From a virus, in the IMG/VR virus record IMGVR_UViG_3300044846_003008: a DNA stretch of 64,000 bases. The stretch is one strand, 5' to 3'. The position numbers were made by a program, and so were the translations under genes. Numbering within the stretch: the first letter of the stretch is position 1; every line of letters begins with the position of its first letter. The notes beneath the pieces are model-generated. The model did no database searches, was not told where the DNA came from, and saw only the letters and a list, made by a program, of their open reading frames with translations. Positions 33,185 through 43,647 of the stretch are shown here, one piece after another.

Positions 33185-34627
33185 TTATTTTATTTTCGTC
33201 ATCAAATCTTTCATTCTAAGGAATTGTGGATTTTCATACGTTTTTGATTCAATCAAATTAACCGCTGACCCTGTAGAAGGTGATTTGTCAATTGTTCTTT
33301 CGATTGATTCGTTGATTGGTTTTGAATTATTTCCTGATAACTCTTCTTTAAGAGATTGGAATAAATTCTTAGATTCTTTAATTGTTTCTACAGAATCAAA
33401 ACGTCTTAAAATATTTATTTTCTCTTGTTTAGTTGTTGTATGTTCAGTGAACAAACGAGTAGCGTAAGCTAAGTTTGAATTGAATACTGCAACTTCATTA
33501 AGTTTATTTCTAAATACATTAAGTGCTTTTCTGTATTCTTCGTTTTTCTCTCTAAGAATTTGTAATTCTTTTCTATTTTCACTTTCTTTGATAGCGGTAT
33601 TAAATGAAGAATGTGCTCTTGGTTTTGGTAAACCACCTTTTCTGAAATTAGACCCATTAGCTTTAGTTCTTGCAGCTTCTTTAGCTTCTACTTTTTTAGG
33701 TTTAACTTTAAATTCACCATCTAAATTTTCACCATCTTTATAAGAGAAACCTTTTTTAGCGTTACCTGTACCTACTGACTTAGGACCTTCTTTTCTTTTT
33801 GTTGCGAAACCTTTACCTTGATTTGGTTTAGAATCATAGTTGAATTTTGGTTTACCCATACCAACACCTTTTGGTTTGATAGAGTTTTTAGATTCCATTA
33901 CAGGTTCTTCATCTTCTTCTTCAACGTCTTCTTCATCCATTTCGATTTCGTACATAACGTTATCGTCTTCTTCTAAATCATCAACATCTTCGAATTCGTC
34001 AAGACCTGACATATCGTCTTGTTCATTAAACAATCTTTCAACAATCGAGTCAACATCGTCTTCCTCGTCAAAATTCATTTCATCTTCTTCTTCAAGAGAG
34101 TCCAAATTCATTTCATCTTGTTCTTCTAAATCATCCCATTCAAACATTTCTTCATTTTCCATTTCCTCATCTGATTCTTGTACTATCATATATTCTTTGT
34201 TTGTTGAATTATCTTTTAAACTGATATTCCCCTCGTTATCTTTTTTAACGATTACCTCGTCTTCAGGACCCATTAATTGGAAAACTCTTAAAACTTCTTC
34301 ATCACTAACATCATCGCCAGTTAAATCAATCGGTTCTTCATCGTCCATTTCCATATCAAAGTCCTCTTCTCCTTGAGAATCAATGTCAAGATTATCAATA
34401 TCCATATCTGCGTCTAAATCTGTGTCTTCCACATCATCTTCTACATCCATTTCAACATCTGTGTCTTCAATCTCATCTTCTTGTTCGAATAGAGACTCTT
34501 TTACCAATTCTTTGATTTCTGCTTTCATTGTTGAAGCAAGTATTCCTTTTGCGTTTTCTGCGACGGCTTCTTCCAAGTTTTTCATTTGGATAAATGCGTC
34601 TTCTACTAAAGAGTTTTCTTTTGCCAT
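33185..34627 (-). CDS. Prohead core/scaffold protein (gp22-like)
   Basis: Very acidic coiled-coil protein between protease and capsid genes. Confidence 0.7.
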   Translation of the reverse strand: MAKENSLVEDAFIQMKNLEEAVAENAKGILASTMKAEIKELVKESLFEQEDEIEDTDVEMDVEDDVEDTDLDADMDIDNLDIDSQGEEDFDMEMDDEEPIDLTGDDVSDEEVLRVFQLMGPEDEVIVKKDNEGNISLKDNSTNKEYMIVQESDEEMENEEMFEWDDLEEQDEMNLDSLEEEDEMNFDEEDDVDSIVERLFNEQDDMSGLDEFEDVDDLEEDDNVMYEIEMDEEDVEEEDEEPVMESKNSIKPKGVGMGKPKFNYDSKPNQGKGFATKRKEGPKSVGTGNAKKGFSYKDGENLDGEFKVKPKKVEAKEAARTKANGSNFRKGGLPKPRAHSSFNTAIKESENRKELQILREKNEEYRKALNVFRNKLNEVAVFNSNLAYATRLFTEHTTTKQEKINILRRFDSVETIKESKNLFQSLKEELSGNNSKPINESIERTIDKSPSTGSAVNLIESKTYENPQFLRMKDLMTKIK

Positions 34628-34802
34628 TTAAAAATGTTTGTTTTATTTCTTAATAAATATTACCATTTTTAAAAAAAACTTAATTTTGGGATTTACTGTG
34701 TCAAATATTTTTAATATCTTGTTAAATTTTTAATAAAAAAATTTTTAGGCATAAAAAAAAGGAGAGATATAATCCCTCCTTTTACATTATTGAATTTTAA
34801 AA

Positions 34803-35021
34803 TTAATCTTCTATCACTTCATCTATTTTGCTTTCAACAATACCTGTTATCCTCCAATCCATTGTATAATTCTCATATACTTTGGTAACTTTCGCCTCAA
34901 CGTCAGTCGGACTATAACCTTTTACTAATTTTTCTTCTCTTAGTTTTTTAACTTTTCCTGATTCTGCATCTAACAAATCAGAGCAAATTTTAGCTACGAA
35001 ATATTTTTCTCCTTGTTCCAT
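34803..35021 (-). CDS. Small protein resembling Bacteroidota DUF4494
   Basis: YFVAKI...GKVKKLREEKLV...S.TDVEAKV...I..SKIDEVI pattern (recognised from memory). Confidence 0.5.
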   Translation of the reverse strand: MEQGEKYFVAKICSDLLDAESGKVKKLREEKLVKGYSPTDVEAKVTKVYENYTMDWRITGIVESKIDEVIED

Positions 35022-35034
35022 AAATTAATTGTTT

Positions 35035-35757
35035 TTATCTGTTTCCCAAATAATCGTTCAATTTCTTCATTAAGTCAAGCGATTTATTACCTCCTTCTAA
35101 TTCTTTTTCTTTTCTTGATTGATTTTCTTCTTCGATGTTTTCATCAAACTTCATTCTATCGTTAGGGTCTAAGAATAAATAAGCCCCCGGTGTTGACGGT
35201 GATGATACTAAGTCAAAACAAATTAATTCGAAATCATCTTGAACTTCATTTTGTTCTCCGACTTTTTTAAGTGAACCAACCCCTCTTGATGAAATACCTA
35301 AAGTAACACCTTGTCTTAGGTAGTTAGCCGCCATATCACCTTTAGTTGATACAATACCTCTCTCGTGAAATCCTGGGCTTGTAAGTAATTTTAATTTACC
35401 CATTAATACATTACCTTCCCACCATACTTCTGTAATCATATGTGAAACACGGTCCAAATCAATTAAAGAAGATTCAGGGTGGTTTAACTCTGAAAGTGCC
35501 ACCCCTTTATCAATCATTTTTTTGTAGTTATCCGCTTCACGTTTTAAAATACGTTCAGGATAAACTCTACCATTTCTGTTTGGTGTATTGTATTTTTGTA
35601 AAACTGCGTAAAATTCGAATGGTTTAGAATGGTCTAAAAAACTTTTAGATTCCATAATGTAAGAATTACTCTCAGTCTTTGGGGAAATAAATCCCGCATC
35701 ATATTCTATTAATATTCCCCTACCTGTTTCATTAGGGTTTAAAATTTTTAAACTCAT
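35035..35757 (-). CDS. Prohead protease (T4 gp21-like)
   Basis: NRNGRVYP, ELNHP, VSH, GISSRGVGS, DLVSSPSTPGA. Confidence 0.92.
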   Translation of the reverse strand: MSLKILNPNETGRGILIEYDAGFISPKTESNSYIMESKSFLDHSKPFEFYAVLQKYNTPNRNGRVYPERILKREADNYKKMIDKGVALSELNHPESSLIDLDRVSHMITEVWWEGNVLMGKLKLLTSPGFHERGIVSTKGDMAANYLRQGVTLGISSRGVGSLKKVGEQNEVQDDFELICFDLVSSPSTPGAYLFLDPNDRMKFDENIEEENQSRKEKELEGGNKSLDLMKKLNDYLGNR

Positions 35758-35779
35758 CTTGATGTTTTAATAATAAATA

Positions 35780-36250
35780 TTAAACATCTTCGGTTTGTAT
35801 CGTTTCTTTGGGTGTTTTAATGTTTTTGGATAAGTAAAATTTAAAATGGGGGTTTGTTTTAAAATTATCTAAAAATATTTGTGAAGTAATATCTTTTAGA
35901 GTATCTTTAACCATTCTATCTTTAAAATTTAATGTGGTATCGTTAATGTAAAAATTAATCTCAAGATTCATAAACGATTTTTTATTTAGATTTAAACCAC
36001 TTGACCTTAAATCTAAGTCGACGATAAATTTATCATCAAATATTGTGTTTTTAGTTTTTTCGTAAACTGAATGTTTAATCGCTCTGCTTAAGTTAAGTAC
36101 AACTCGTGACCAATTATCAACGTCTTTTTTAGGTTCGACCCAAGTTTGTATGTTTAGGTATAGTGATTTTAAATTCAATGAATCAACTGTTCCGTATAAA
36201 ACTTTCGCAGTTTTAAAACCTTGGATTTTTGAGGTTTTCCCTTTTTTCAT
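35780..36250 (-). CDS. Hypothetical protein
   Basis: 156-aa ORF divergent from bS21. Confidence 0.75.
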   Translation of the reverse strand: MKKGKTSKIQGFKTAKVLYGTVDSLNLKSLYLNIQTWVEPKKDVDNWSRVVLNLSRAIKHSVYEKTKNTIFDDKFIVDLDLRSSGLNLNKKSFMNLEINFYINDTTLNFKDRMVKDTLKDITSQIFLDNFKTNPHFKFYLSKNIKTPKETIQTEDV

Positions 36251-36341
36251 TATTTTTCATATTGTATAACGTTTATTTTTATTAAATGTAAGTATATTTA
36301 CAATAAGAGTCAAAAACCTCATAATTTAACAAAAAATTAAT

Positions 36342-36536
36342 ATGCTAATAGTAAAAGTAGGAAAAGATAAAAACATCGAAAGGGCGTTAAAACAATACAA
36401 AAGTAAGATTATTAAGACGAGACAAATGTCCGAGTTGGTAAATAGAAAAGAGTTCGTTAAAACTTCGGTTAAAAAAAGAAACGTACTTAACAAAGCTAAG
36501 TACGTTCAAAAAATGTATAAATCAAACAAAGATTAA
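36342..36536 (+). CDS. rpsU: Ribosomal protein bS21 (phage-encoded, Bacteroidota-type)
   Basis: NIERALKQYKSK...EL..RKEFVKTSVKKR...KAKY54; 64 aa, basic. Confidence 0.88.
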   Translation: MLIVKVGKDKNIERALKQYKSKIIKTRQMSELVNRKEFVKTSVKKRNVLNKAKYVQKMYKSNKD

Positions 36537-37249
36537 AGATTTTCGTATAAACTTTTAAGTTTGTAATAATTTAATTTATCATATTTCTCAGTTGAAAGTT
36601 TTTCAATTGTTTCATTGATTGCGTTTCTAGTTGAGTTGTCGTGATTTTGATTATACATAGTGTTTAATCTTTCAACCACACTTTCTTTAATTGTAGAATA
36701 CTTTGGTTCTAACTCAGTATCGTCAACCGATAGTAATTGATTAAATTCTTTCTTTTCAGATTCATTTAACCCCTCAATATGTTTTGAGATAGTTTTGTTC
36801 GCCATAGAAATCATAGAACTTATTGGGACATTTACCACGTCTTTCTGTTTTACAGGGAATTTAGATAAAGATTCAGAAATAAGTTTTTTACTTTTAATTC
36901 TACTTTCAATCGTTAATACACCTGTACTAAATAATGAATCAATTGTTTCATATTGATTATTTGATTTACTATTTTTAACCCATAATGATAATTTCTTCAT
37001 TTCAGACGGGTCAATTTTATTAATAGTGTTCTCAAACAATTTAATTGACTCATTAATGTAATCGTCAACAACGGATTCGTTTAGTCCTTTATTAGATGAT
37101 AAGTCATCATATAAATAAAATAATTTACTAACGTTTTTGTTCTTTAATACGTATTTATCGAAGTTTTTTAATTCTTCTTTAAATGTCCCGTTTTTATAAG
37201 ACTCAAGTAATACGTTTTCAATTTTCGATTTTAATATTCCAAATTTCAT
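36533..37249 (-). CDS. Hypothetical head-module protein
   Basis: 238 aa downstream of portal; late motif at 37265-37271. Confidence 0.75.
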   Translation of the reverse strand: MKFGILKSKIENVLLESYKNGTFKEELKNFDKYVLKNKNVSKLFYLYDDLSSNKGLNESVVDDYINESIKLFENTINKIDPSEMKKLSLWVKNSKSNNQYETIDSLFSTGVLTIESRIKSKKLISESLSKFPVKQKDVVNVPISSMISMANKTISKHIEGLNESEKKEFNQLLSVDDTELEPKYSTIKESVVERLNTMYNQNHDNSTRNAINETIEKLSTEKYDKLNYYKLKSLYENL

Positions 37250-37271
37250 TTTTTCGTTTTTAATATAAATA

Positions 37272-39125
37272 TCAATCTCTTAGAAGTTTGTTCAGTTGAC
37301 TTTCCATATCACCTAAAGAATTTCTCGCTTTAGATAAATCAATGAACGTTTCTTCGTTTAATAAATCTTCATTTTCCACTAATATTTTTAAATTATCTCG
37401 TCTTTCATATGATTCAGGGGTAACACCTGCTTCACCTCCCGGTTCAGGACCTGGGGGTGGTGGTGCTGATGGTTCACCTCCTCCGCCACCTAAATCGGGC
37501 ATTCCTCCCCCTCCTCCTGGAGGTGGTGGTGGTGGTGTAGCACCTGCGGCTGCGGTTTGAGTCGCTCCTGAAGTGTTTTTAGTTCCGTATAATTTATCAA
37601 TATTATCAAAGATACCTGTATGTGTGATTAATGTTGCGGTATTTGTTAATTCAGCCCCAACCGCTTTTTCAACACGTTGTTGTTGTAAGTCTAATTTAAT
37701 TTCATCATCAGAGAATCCAAGGATATGTTTTTTAGCCCAAGATACTGATACAGGTGCGATACCTTCAATTGCCGCAACGGCATCTTTGTATAATGTAATT
37801 TTTTCTTTCCACGCCTCAACTTTTAATAAGTCGGCTTGTGTTGATGGATTCGCTAATCCTAAAGTAAAGTTGGATAATTCGTCTTCAAATCCTAATAAAA
37901 ATAAATGGATAACCGCGATTTTATTCATTTCCGCAATCATACATTTTTGTATTCTATTTATTGTTCTTGCGAAACGAATATCCATTAATGACAAGTTTTT
38001 ACCTTCACCAACAGGTTCCTCAAATCCTAAGAATGCTTTTGGAACACGTAATGCCGTTAATAATTTCTTTTGGATATATTCGATATCGGCAATCTCACCT
38101 AAGTTTTGTGCTCCCGGTAATGTTTCAATTGGACTTGGTGCTGCTGGGTCACGAACAGGGATAAAATAATCTTGGTCTACTGCCATTTGATTATATCTCA
38201 TATCAACGTTACCTGTTTTACTATCAACAATTTGGTCACGTTTAAATTTGTTAGCGACACGTTGTACGTATGGTTCAACATCCTTATCATCCATATTACC
38301 AACGAATACTTTAAAAACACGTCTTTCAGGGGCTCTTGATGTTCTATAAATTAACATAGCATCCTCAGACAATAATAATTGTTTCCAAATACGTCTTGCT
38401 TTCTCTAACATTGATGTACCATATGGAAGTTTTCTATCATCCCCCAATAAACGGAAGTGAGCGATTTCCCAAGAGTTAAACTCCATATCCTTAACCTTCC
38501 ATTTAAATCTTAGACCTTTACTTTCAGCCGGTTCTTCAACATTCTGAGTTCTTGCTGCCATACCACGTTCTAAACGTTCAATTTCGATATTTGGTAATTG
38601 CATACAACCAACGATTCCTTTCTCAGCATCTAACTTCAAATAAACAAAGTTATCCCCGTATTTACAGGTGTTTCTAACCCACATTGGTAAGTTGGTATTA
38701 ATGTCTAAGATATTGTTGAATAAATCCGTTAAAATTGATTTAATACGTTTTGACTCTGAGTAGATTTGTAACATATAACCGTTTTGGTCAACTGTTGTTG
38801 ATTCTTCCCCATAAATGTCTAACGCTGCGGAAATTTCAGGTGTGTATTCCATAGATTCATAATCATAGAATGACGCCAAACGTGTTGGTTCATAATAGAT
38901 TGCTTGTGAGTATAAGTTTGTTTCGATTTTAGACCATTGGTGACCTAAATAAACCGTTTGTTGTGCTTGTAACTTTTCCCTCTCATAATCGGCTTTAGAA
39001 GTTGTTTTTAACAATTCTTTTTTGTCGAACTTATATGTTGGGTAATCTTGATTTAACAACGAGTTAGGCCCAAATGCTTGGGACAATCGTTGCCAAACTG
39101 TCAAATTTTGATTATTGTTTTCCAT
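37272..39125 (-). CDS. Portal protein (T4 gp20-like)
   Basis: EDAMLIYRTSRAPERRVF, DYFIP, IETLPGAQNL, ALRVPK; Pro/Gly-rich C-tail. Confidence 0.93.
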   Translation of the reverse strand: MENNNQNLTVWQRLSQAFGPNSLLNQDYPTYKFDKKELLKTTSKADYEREKLQAQQTVYLGHQWSKIETNLYSQAIYYEPTRLASFYDYESMEYTPEISAALDIYGEESTTVDQNGYMLQIYSESKRIKSILTDLFNNILDINTNLPMWVRNTCKYGDNFVYLKLDAEKGIVGCMQLPNIEIERLERGMAARTQNVEEPAESKGLRFKWKVKDMEFNSWEIAHFRLLGDDRKLPYGTSMLEKARRIWKQLLLSEDAMLIYRTSRAPERRVFKVFVGNMDDKDVEPYVQRVANKFKRDQIVDSKTGNVDMRYNQMAVDQDYFIPVRDPAAPSPIETLPGAQNLGEIADIEYIQKKLLTALRVPKAFLGFEEPVGEGKNLSLMDIRFARTINRIQKCMIAEMNKIAVIHLFLLGFEDELSNFTLGLANPSTQADLLKVEAWKEKITLYKDAVAAIEGIAPVSVSWAKKHILGFSDDEIKLDLQQQRVEKAVGAELTNTATLITHTGIFDNIDKLYGTKNTSGATQTAAAGATPPPPPPGGGGGMPDLGGGGGEPSAPPPPGPEPGGEAGVTPESYERRDNLKILVENEDLLNEETFIDLSKARNSLGDMESQLNKLLRD

Positions 39126-39174
39126 ATAGGTAATTTAATTGTATTTATCCATAATTAAATACTTTGTATTTTCA

Positions 39175-40941
39175 TTATCTTCTACCTGTCCCAAATAACC
39201 AACCATAAGTTTGGTAATCTTGTGATGACACGGCGTTATTATTGTTCATTCTATCCATCATATTTGGAACTACGGGATTGAATGATATGTTATCTCTAAC
39301 AGAATTATTATCATTAACCGACCAAGACTCAATCATTGCTTTTGCTTGTTCAGTCACTTTAGTTAATTTACTAAATGAAGTTTCCCCCACATATGTCGCC
39401 ATTGCAATCGACATAAGTAAATCGTCGTGTCTTCCTTTCTGGTGGTCAGGTCTACCATTAATGTAAATAAACGTATCCATTTCATTATATAAACGATGAC
39501 TATAAATTCGGAAATCGTGTCTCATTGCCTCTTCATATGACGCAATAATCTGAACACGTTTATTGTTAAAGTTAATTCCCGGTATCTTTTCTGCGGATTT
39601 AGGATTATACTTCCAACTATTATTCATATCTTCACCATCAACATATAGGTCCTTATAACCTAACTCTTGTAGTTTACGTGATGTGGAAACACCCATCCCA
39701 CCCGTGATATCGACTACGATATATGCTGAATACATATTAGCCCATTTATAACAAATCTCGGCCATAGTATCGGGGGGTAATTTACCTACGAATTCGGCAA
39801 CTTGTTCACGAGTGTCAAAATCAACAATTTGAAATGAACTAAAATCCTCACTATCCCCACGACTGACATCGACACCCATTATATATTTGTGACCAACAAC
39901 AGGTTCTTTCCAAATCCACAATTGATTACCTAACATTCTGTTTTGAGGTTCCAATAAATAATTTTCACGGATTTTTTGCATTAATCGAGAATCGAATACA
40001 TTATCCCCCGAACCAAGGAAGTTACACTCTAACTCTTGGGAAACTTTACGTTTATCGTATTTAAGTTTCTTAACCATTTTTTCAAACCAATCGGAACAAG
40101 GTTTGTAACCATTATTAATTAATTCTTTGGCTTCCTCAAAGTTTCTTTCATCAAATGATTTTTCGGACCAACTAATTATTTTTGTTGGGTCATATTCTTC
40201 TTTATGTAATAAGTAATGAATTGCGTCTTCAGTTTTAACAAAGAATAAATCTTTAGTATAACGAGGGTCCCGATACCAATACATTTCCGTAATTTTGAAA
40301 TCATTCATTCCACGTAATGCTTGGTCATAAATCTCATAATAAATTGGGTCATTACCATTAGGTGTTGAAACCACAATTACTTTACCCCCTGTTGATAGGG
40401 ACGCCATACACGCTGACCAGAAGTCACTATCGGCTTCGATAAACGCGGCCTCATCAAATACTAATATCGTAGGGGTAAATCCACGTAAAGCATCCTTTGA
40501 TGTTGCAACGGCTTTAACTTCACAACCATTATTTAATTTCCAATGTTTTGTTGATTTTTTGTTAGGGTCAATACCTATGTTTACCCAACTTGGCCATTGT
40601 GTTGTGAACATTCTAACTTTGTTAGCCATTTCAATTGACGTATCAAGTTTGTTGGCGATGATTAGAATTTTTTCAGGTTTTTCTTTTCTTGCGAATGCTA
40701 ATTTTTTTGATATCCAAGCGGCGGTAACTGTCGATACACCTGCCTGACGATATTTTAATGCGATATTCTCATTGTAGTCTTCATAATCCTGTAGTAACGT
40801 AATTTGGTCAGGGAATAACTCTAATGGAACGTATTTTGAAACTGTGTTGTCATATGTCTGTAGATACGTTTTTAATGCGTAAGACGTGTCTTTCATACAT
40901 TTGACATATTCCAATAATACTTGGTCTTTTGTTAAACTCAT
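39175..40941 (-). CDS. Terminase large subunit (T4 gp17-like)
   Basis: KYRQAGVST, LVFDEAAF, STPNG, QELECNF, MGVDVSRG, HDDLLMS. Confidence 0.93.
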   Translation of the reverse strand: MSLTKDQVLLEYVKCMKDTSYALKTYLQTYDNTVSKYVPLELFPDQITLLQDYEDYNENIALKYRQAGVSTVTAAWISKKLAFARKEKPEKILIIANKLDTSIEMANKVRMFTTQWPSWVNIGIDPNKKSTKHWKLNNGCEVKAVATSKDALRGFTPTILVFDEAAFIEADSDFWSACMASLSTGGKVIVVSTPNGNDPIYYEIYDQALRGMNDFKITEMYWYRDPRYTKDLFFVKTEDAIHYLLHKEEYDPTKIISWSEKSFDERNFEEAKELINNGYKPCSDWFEKMVKKLKYDKRKVSQELECNFLGSGDNVFDSRLMQKIRENYLLEPQNRMLGNQLWIWKEPVVGHKYIMGVDVSRGDSEDFSSFQIVDFDTREQVAEFVGKLPPDTMAEICYKWANMYSAYIVVDITGGMGVSTSRKLQELGYKDLYVDGEDMNNSWKYNPKSAEKIPGINFNNKRVQIIASYEEAMRHDFRIYSHRLYNEMDTFIYINGRPDHQKGRHDDLLMSIAMATYVGETSFSKLTKVTEQAKAMIESWSVNDNNSVRDNISFNPVVPNMMDRMNNNNAVSSQDYQTYGWLFGTGRR

Positions 40942-41021
40942 ATAGATGATTTAACATATAAATATCAAAAAACCCCCAATTAATCACTTAATGGGGGTTT
41001 AACTATATTTTTTAATTGGTT

Positions 41022-42479
41022 TTAATCCCAATCATCCATATCTAAATCGTCGAAATCACTCATATCTTCGTCGTCATCGTTACTTTGTACCGGTGGTTCT
41101 TCATCTTCATAATCATCGTCATCATCGTGACTATTTTGAATTTGAACTCTAACCTCACTAACCATACGGTCTATCGCTTTCATTGCAGATGGGTTATTTT
41201 GTAACAATCCTTCTGTAAATGATTTTAATTCTTTTGCTGATAACCTACCAAGTTTGTGGAATAAATATAATTGGATAATTCTTTGGTCGTCCGCAAATAT
41301 TTCATTCGGCATTGCTTGTTGTAGTTTTTTCCAAAAGATTAAACCTAAACGTGAATCCCAAATTTCCCCCGGTAAAGTGTCTTCACTACCCGCTACCATT
41401 TTTGATTGTTTTTCATCTTCAGGTAAACTATCCCAAGCCATAAAGTCAAACACACCTTTTACTAATTCGTGAACTAATAATGGTAATGTCATCGCTTTTG
41501 CACTGATGATGTAAGGTCCGTTATCGGTTTCAGGTTCAACTATTTCGACCTGACCTAATTGTCCCATACCTGATGATGCTGAACTTTCCATATTAGGATA
41601 AATCCAATATAAATGTTCCATAGTTGCTTGAGACACATTGTATGCCGTCATCAACTCAGGATTGATATCGTTAATCTTATCACTCAATTCTTTATACAAA
41701 TGACCAACATTAAATGCTGCTCCCTGTACAAATGTATTCATAATACGTCTTTTAGTCTTTTCATCTTTGAATGTTTGAAGTGCATCGGCCTCCATTCTTT
41801 TGTCAAAAATTTCTTTACCTTTTTCCCAATCAAAATCTTCGAAATCGGCAGCAAACTCTTCTAAGTCTTTTTGATGTTTTTCAGCATTTTTAAATGCGTC
41901 AACAACTTGAGCATCACTGAACTTTTCAGGTTGACTTCTCATTCCTCGTGCTGAAGTCATTGGTGCTGAAATTAATTGTGCTTGTAATTTCAAACGTTTA
42001 CTATATGGGGGTTTGTCTAAATTAAAATGTTCTGTAACTAATTTCTCCGCCATTTTTTCGATAGCTTCACTGTTTCTACCTTGGAATCTTGAAATTGTAT
42101 TTAATGAACTCATCGCAGTACCCATTAAGTTTCTAAACACACTATTTGGGTCACCTTCCACCATTTGTGAATTATCACCTAACGCCTCTTTAACTTTCTC
42201 AACTGAATGTTGGAATGATTCTGAAGATAATATGTCAATTAAATCATCCGACAATCCCATTTCGTGGAATGGTGTTGATTTATCTTCAATCTTTGATTGA
42301 GTTCCACGTTCCATTCTTGACCCCCCAACATTTGAATAATCAATTGGGGCTTCATTCAATTGTGATTTAATGTTGTCCAATAACGTTTTTTCACGTTTAG
42401 TTAGACCTTCATTAATTAATTTGTCGTCTAAATAGTTTTTAACTACTTTAACATCTTCCATATTAGGGTTTAAACTCAT
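41022..42479 (-). CDS. Hypothetical protein
   Basis: 485 aa; LVHELVKG motif, acidic tail. Confidence 0.8.
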   Translation of the reverse strand: MSLNPNMEDVKVVKNYLDDKLINEGLTKREKTLLDNIKSQLNEAPIDYSNVGGSRMERGTQSKIEDKSTPFHEMGLSDDLIDILSSESFQHSVEKVKEALGDNSQMVEGDPNSVFRNLMGTAMSSLNTISRFQGRNSEAIEKMAEKLVTEHFNLDKPPYSKRLKLQAQLISAPMTSARGMRSQPEKFSDAQVVDAFKNAEKHQKDLEEFAADFEDFDWEKGKEIFDKRMEADALQTFKDEKTKRRIMNTFVQGAAFNVGHLYKELSDKINDINPELMTAYNVSQATMEHLYWIYPNMESSASSGMGQLGQVEIVEPETDNGPYIISAKAMTLPLLVHELVKGVFDFMAWDSLPEDEKQSKMVAGSEDTLPGEIWDSRLGLIFWKKLQQAMPNEIFADDQRIIQLYLFHKLGRLSAKELKSFTEGLLQNNPSAMKAIDRMVSEVRVQIQNSHDDDDDYEDEEPPVQSNDDDEDMSDFDDLDMDDWD

Positions 42480-42503
42480 TATTATAGGTTTTGTTTGTTA
42501 ATA

Positions 42504-43247
42504 TTATATTCCTATTGATTTTGATGTTAACCAATCAGGTAATTCATTCTCTTCAAGACTAACAATCGGTTTCATATTTCTTTTTACTACCGGAAATTTT
42601 TTCGGTGATTCAACCATTACATTTTTAATTGTATTAATAAAATCTTGTTTACTCATTTTAGGTGAAATATGTTTCTCAACTAATCGTGTAATTTTCTTTT
42701 CTAATTCTGATTCATTTGTTGGTAATGTAAATCCGGGTACTGTACTTTTAGCAACATTGTTTAATGTTTTTGCGTATAAATTTTGTGCAGTTTTTTGGTA
42801 AACAGGTGTTCCATCATCTTCATTTGTTTCAGTTTTCTTTTCAGGTAACTTATCAAAGTTAGTCTTTTTTGCGAATTCATCCGCCATTTTACACCATTTT
42901 TTTTGTTCTTTTGTTTTACCCTCACCACATTTTGAAAAGAAATATTTTTGTTGTTTTTTAGACTCAAATTTTTCATCAATTTCTTCATTCTCACCCATCG
43001 GAATTGCCGTCACCGTTTTATCGGAATTTTGTTTGATATCATAACCTTTTGCGTTTGCGGGAAGATTACCACCATCAGGTCCTACCTTAAATTGGGGTTT
43101 CCCTGGTATTTGAGTAACTTGTTCATTAACTTTAGATTCTACCAAACGGGTATGTAAATTATTAATCTGTGATTCAGATAGTGTAGTTAACATAGTGGCT
43201 TTAAAACCATTCTTAACTAATTGTAGTATTTTGTCATTAATTTTCAT
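42504..43247 (-). CDS. Hypothetical protein
   Basis: Likely start MKINDKIL at 43247, overlapping the upstream stop. Confidence 0.75.
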   Translation of the reverse strand: MKINDKILQLVKNGFKATMLTTLSESQINNLHTRLVESKVNEQVTQIPGKPQFKVGPDGGNLPANAKGYDIKQNSDKTVTAIPMGENEEIDEKFESKKQQKYFFSKCGEGKTKEQKKWCKMADEFAKKTNFDKLPEKKTETNEDDGTPVYQKTAQNLYAKTLNNVAKSTVPGFTLPTNESELEKKITRLVEKHISPKMSKQDFINTIKNVMVESPKKFPVVKRNMKPIVSLEENELPDWLTSKSIGI

Positions 43248-43647
43248 AGACCACTTTTTTTTCAAATTCTAATACGATATCTCTTTCGTATAATTTATCT
43301 TTAACTGATTGTTCAGTTTCACCAAATCTGAAGACAAGTTTTTTGTGAGTATTAAAATCAATATCACTTCTTTCATCTTCCCAAGATAATGCGATAATTC
43401 CGTCCATACAATCTGACATTGAAAAATAGTCTGACTTTTGAACTACGGCTAGTGATATAAAATCACTTTTTAAAGTTCCTACTTTTTGTATAAACTCTAA
43501 ATCGGGAGGAGAAGGGTATCCGTTCGCAGGAGCGGATTCCCAACTATCACCCCAAATTTCTTCCAAACCATCGGAGAAAATAAACTCATAGATATTATCT
43601 CCTTTGTAGTTTGGACCTAATTCATTAACATAAATTAAATAACTCAT
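43237..43647 (-). CDS. Hypothetical protein
   Basis: 136-aa ORF. Confidence 0.75.
   Translation of the reverse strand: MSYLIYVNELGPNYKGDNIYEFIFSDGLEEIWGDSWESAPANGYPSPPDLEFIQKVGTLKSDFISLAVVQKSDYFSMSDCMDGIIALSWEDERSDIDFNTHKKLVFRFGETEQSVKDKLYERDIVLEFEKKVVYEN

Noticed and set aside
31345-40941. Introns or inteins in capsid, portal or terminase genes
   Set aside because: ORFs are continuous and no intein or homing-endonuclease motifs were seen
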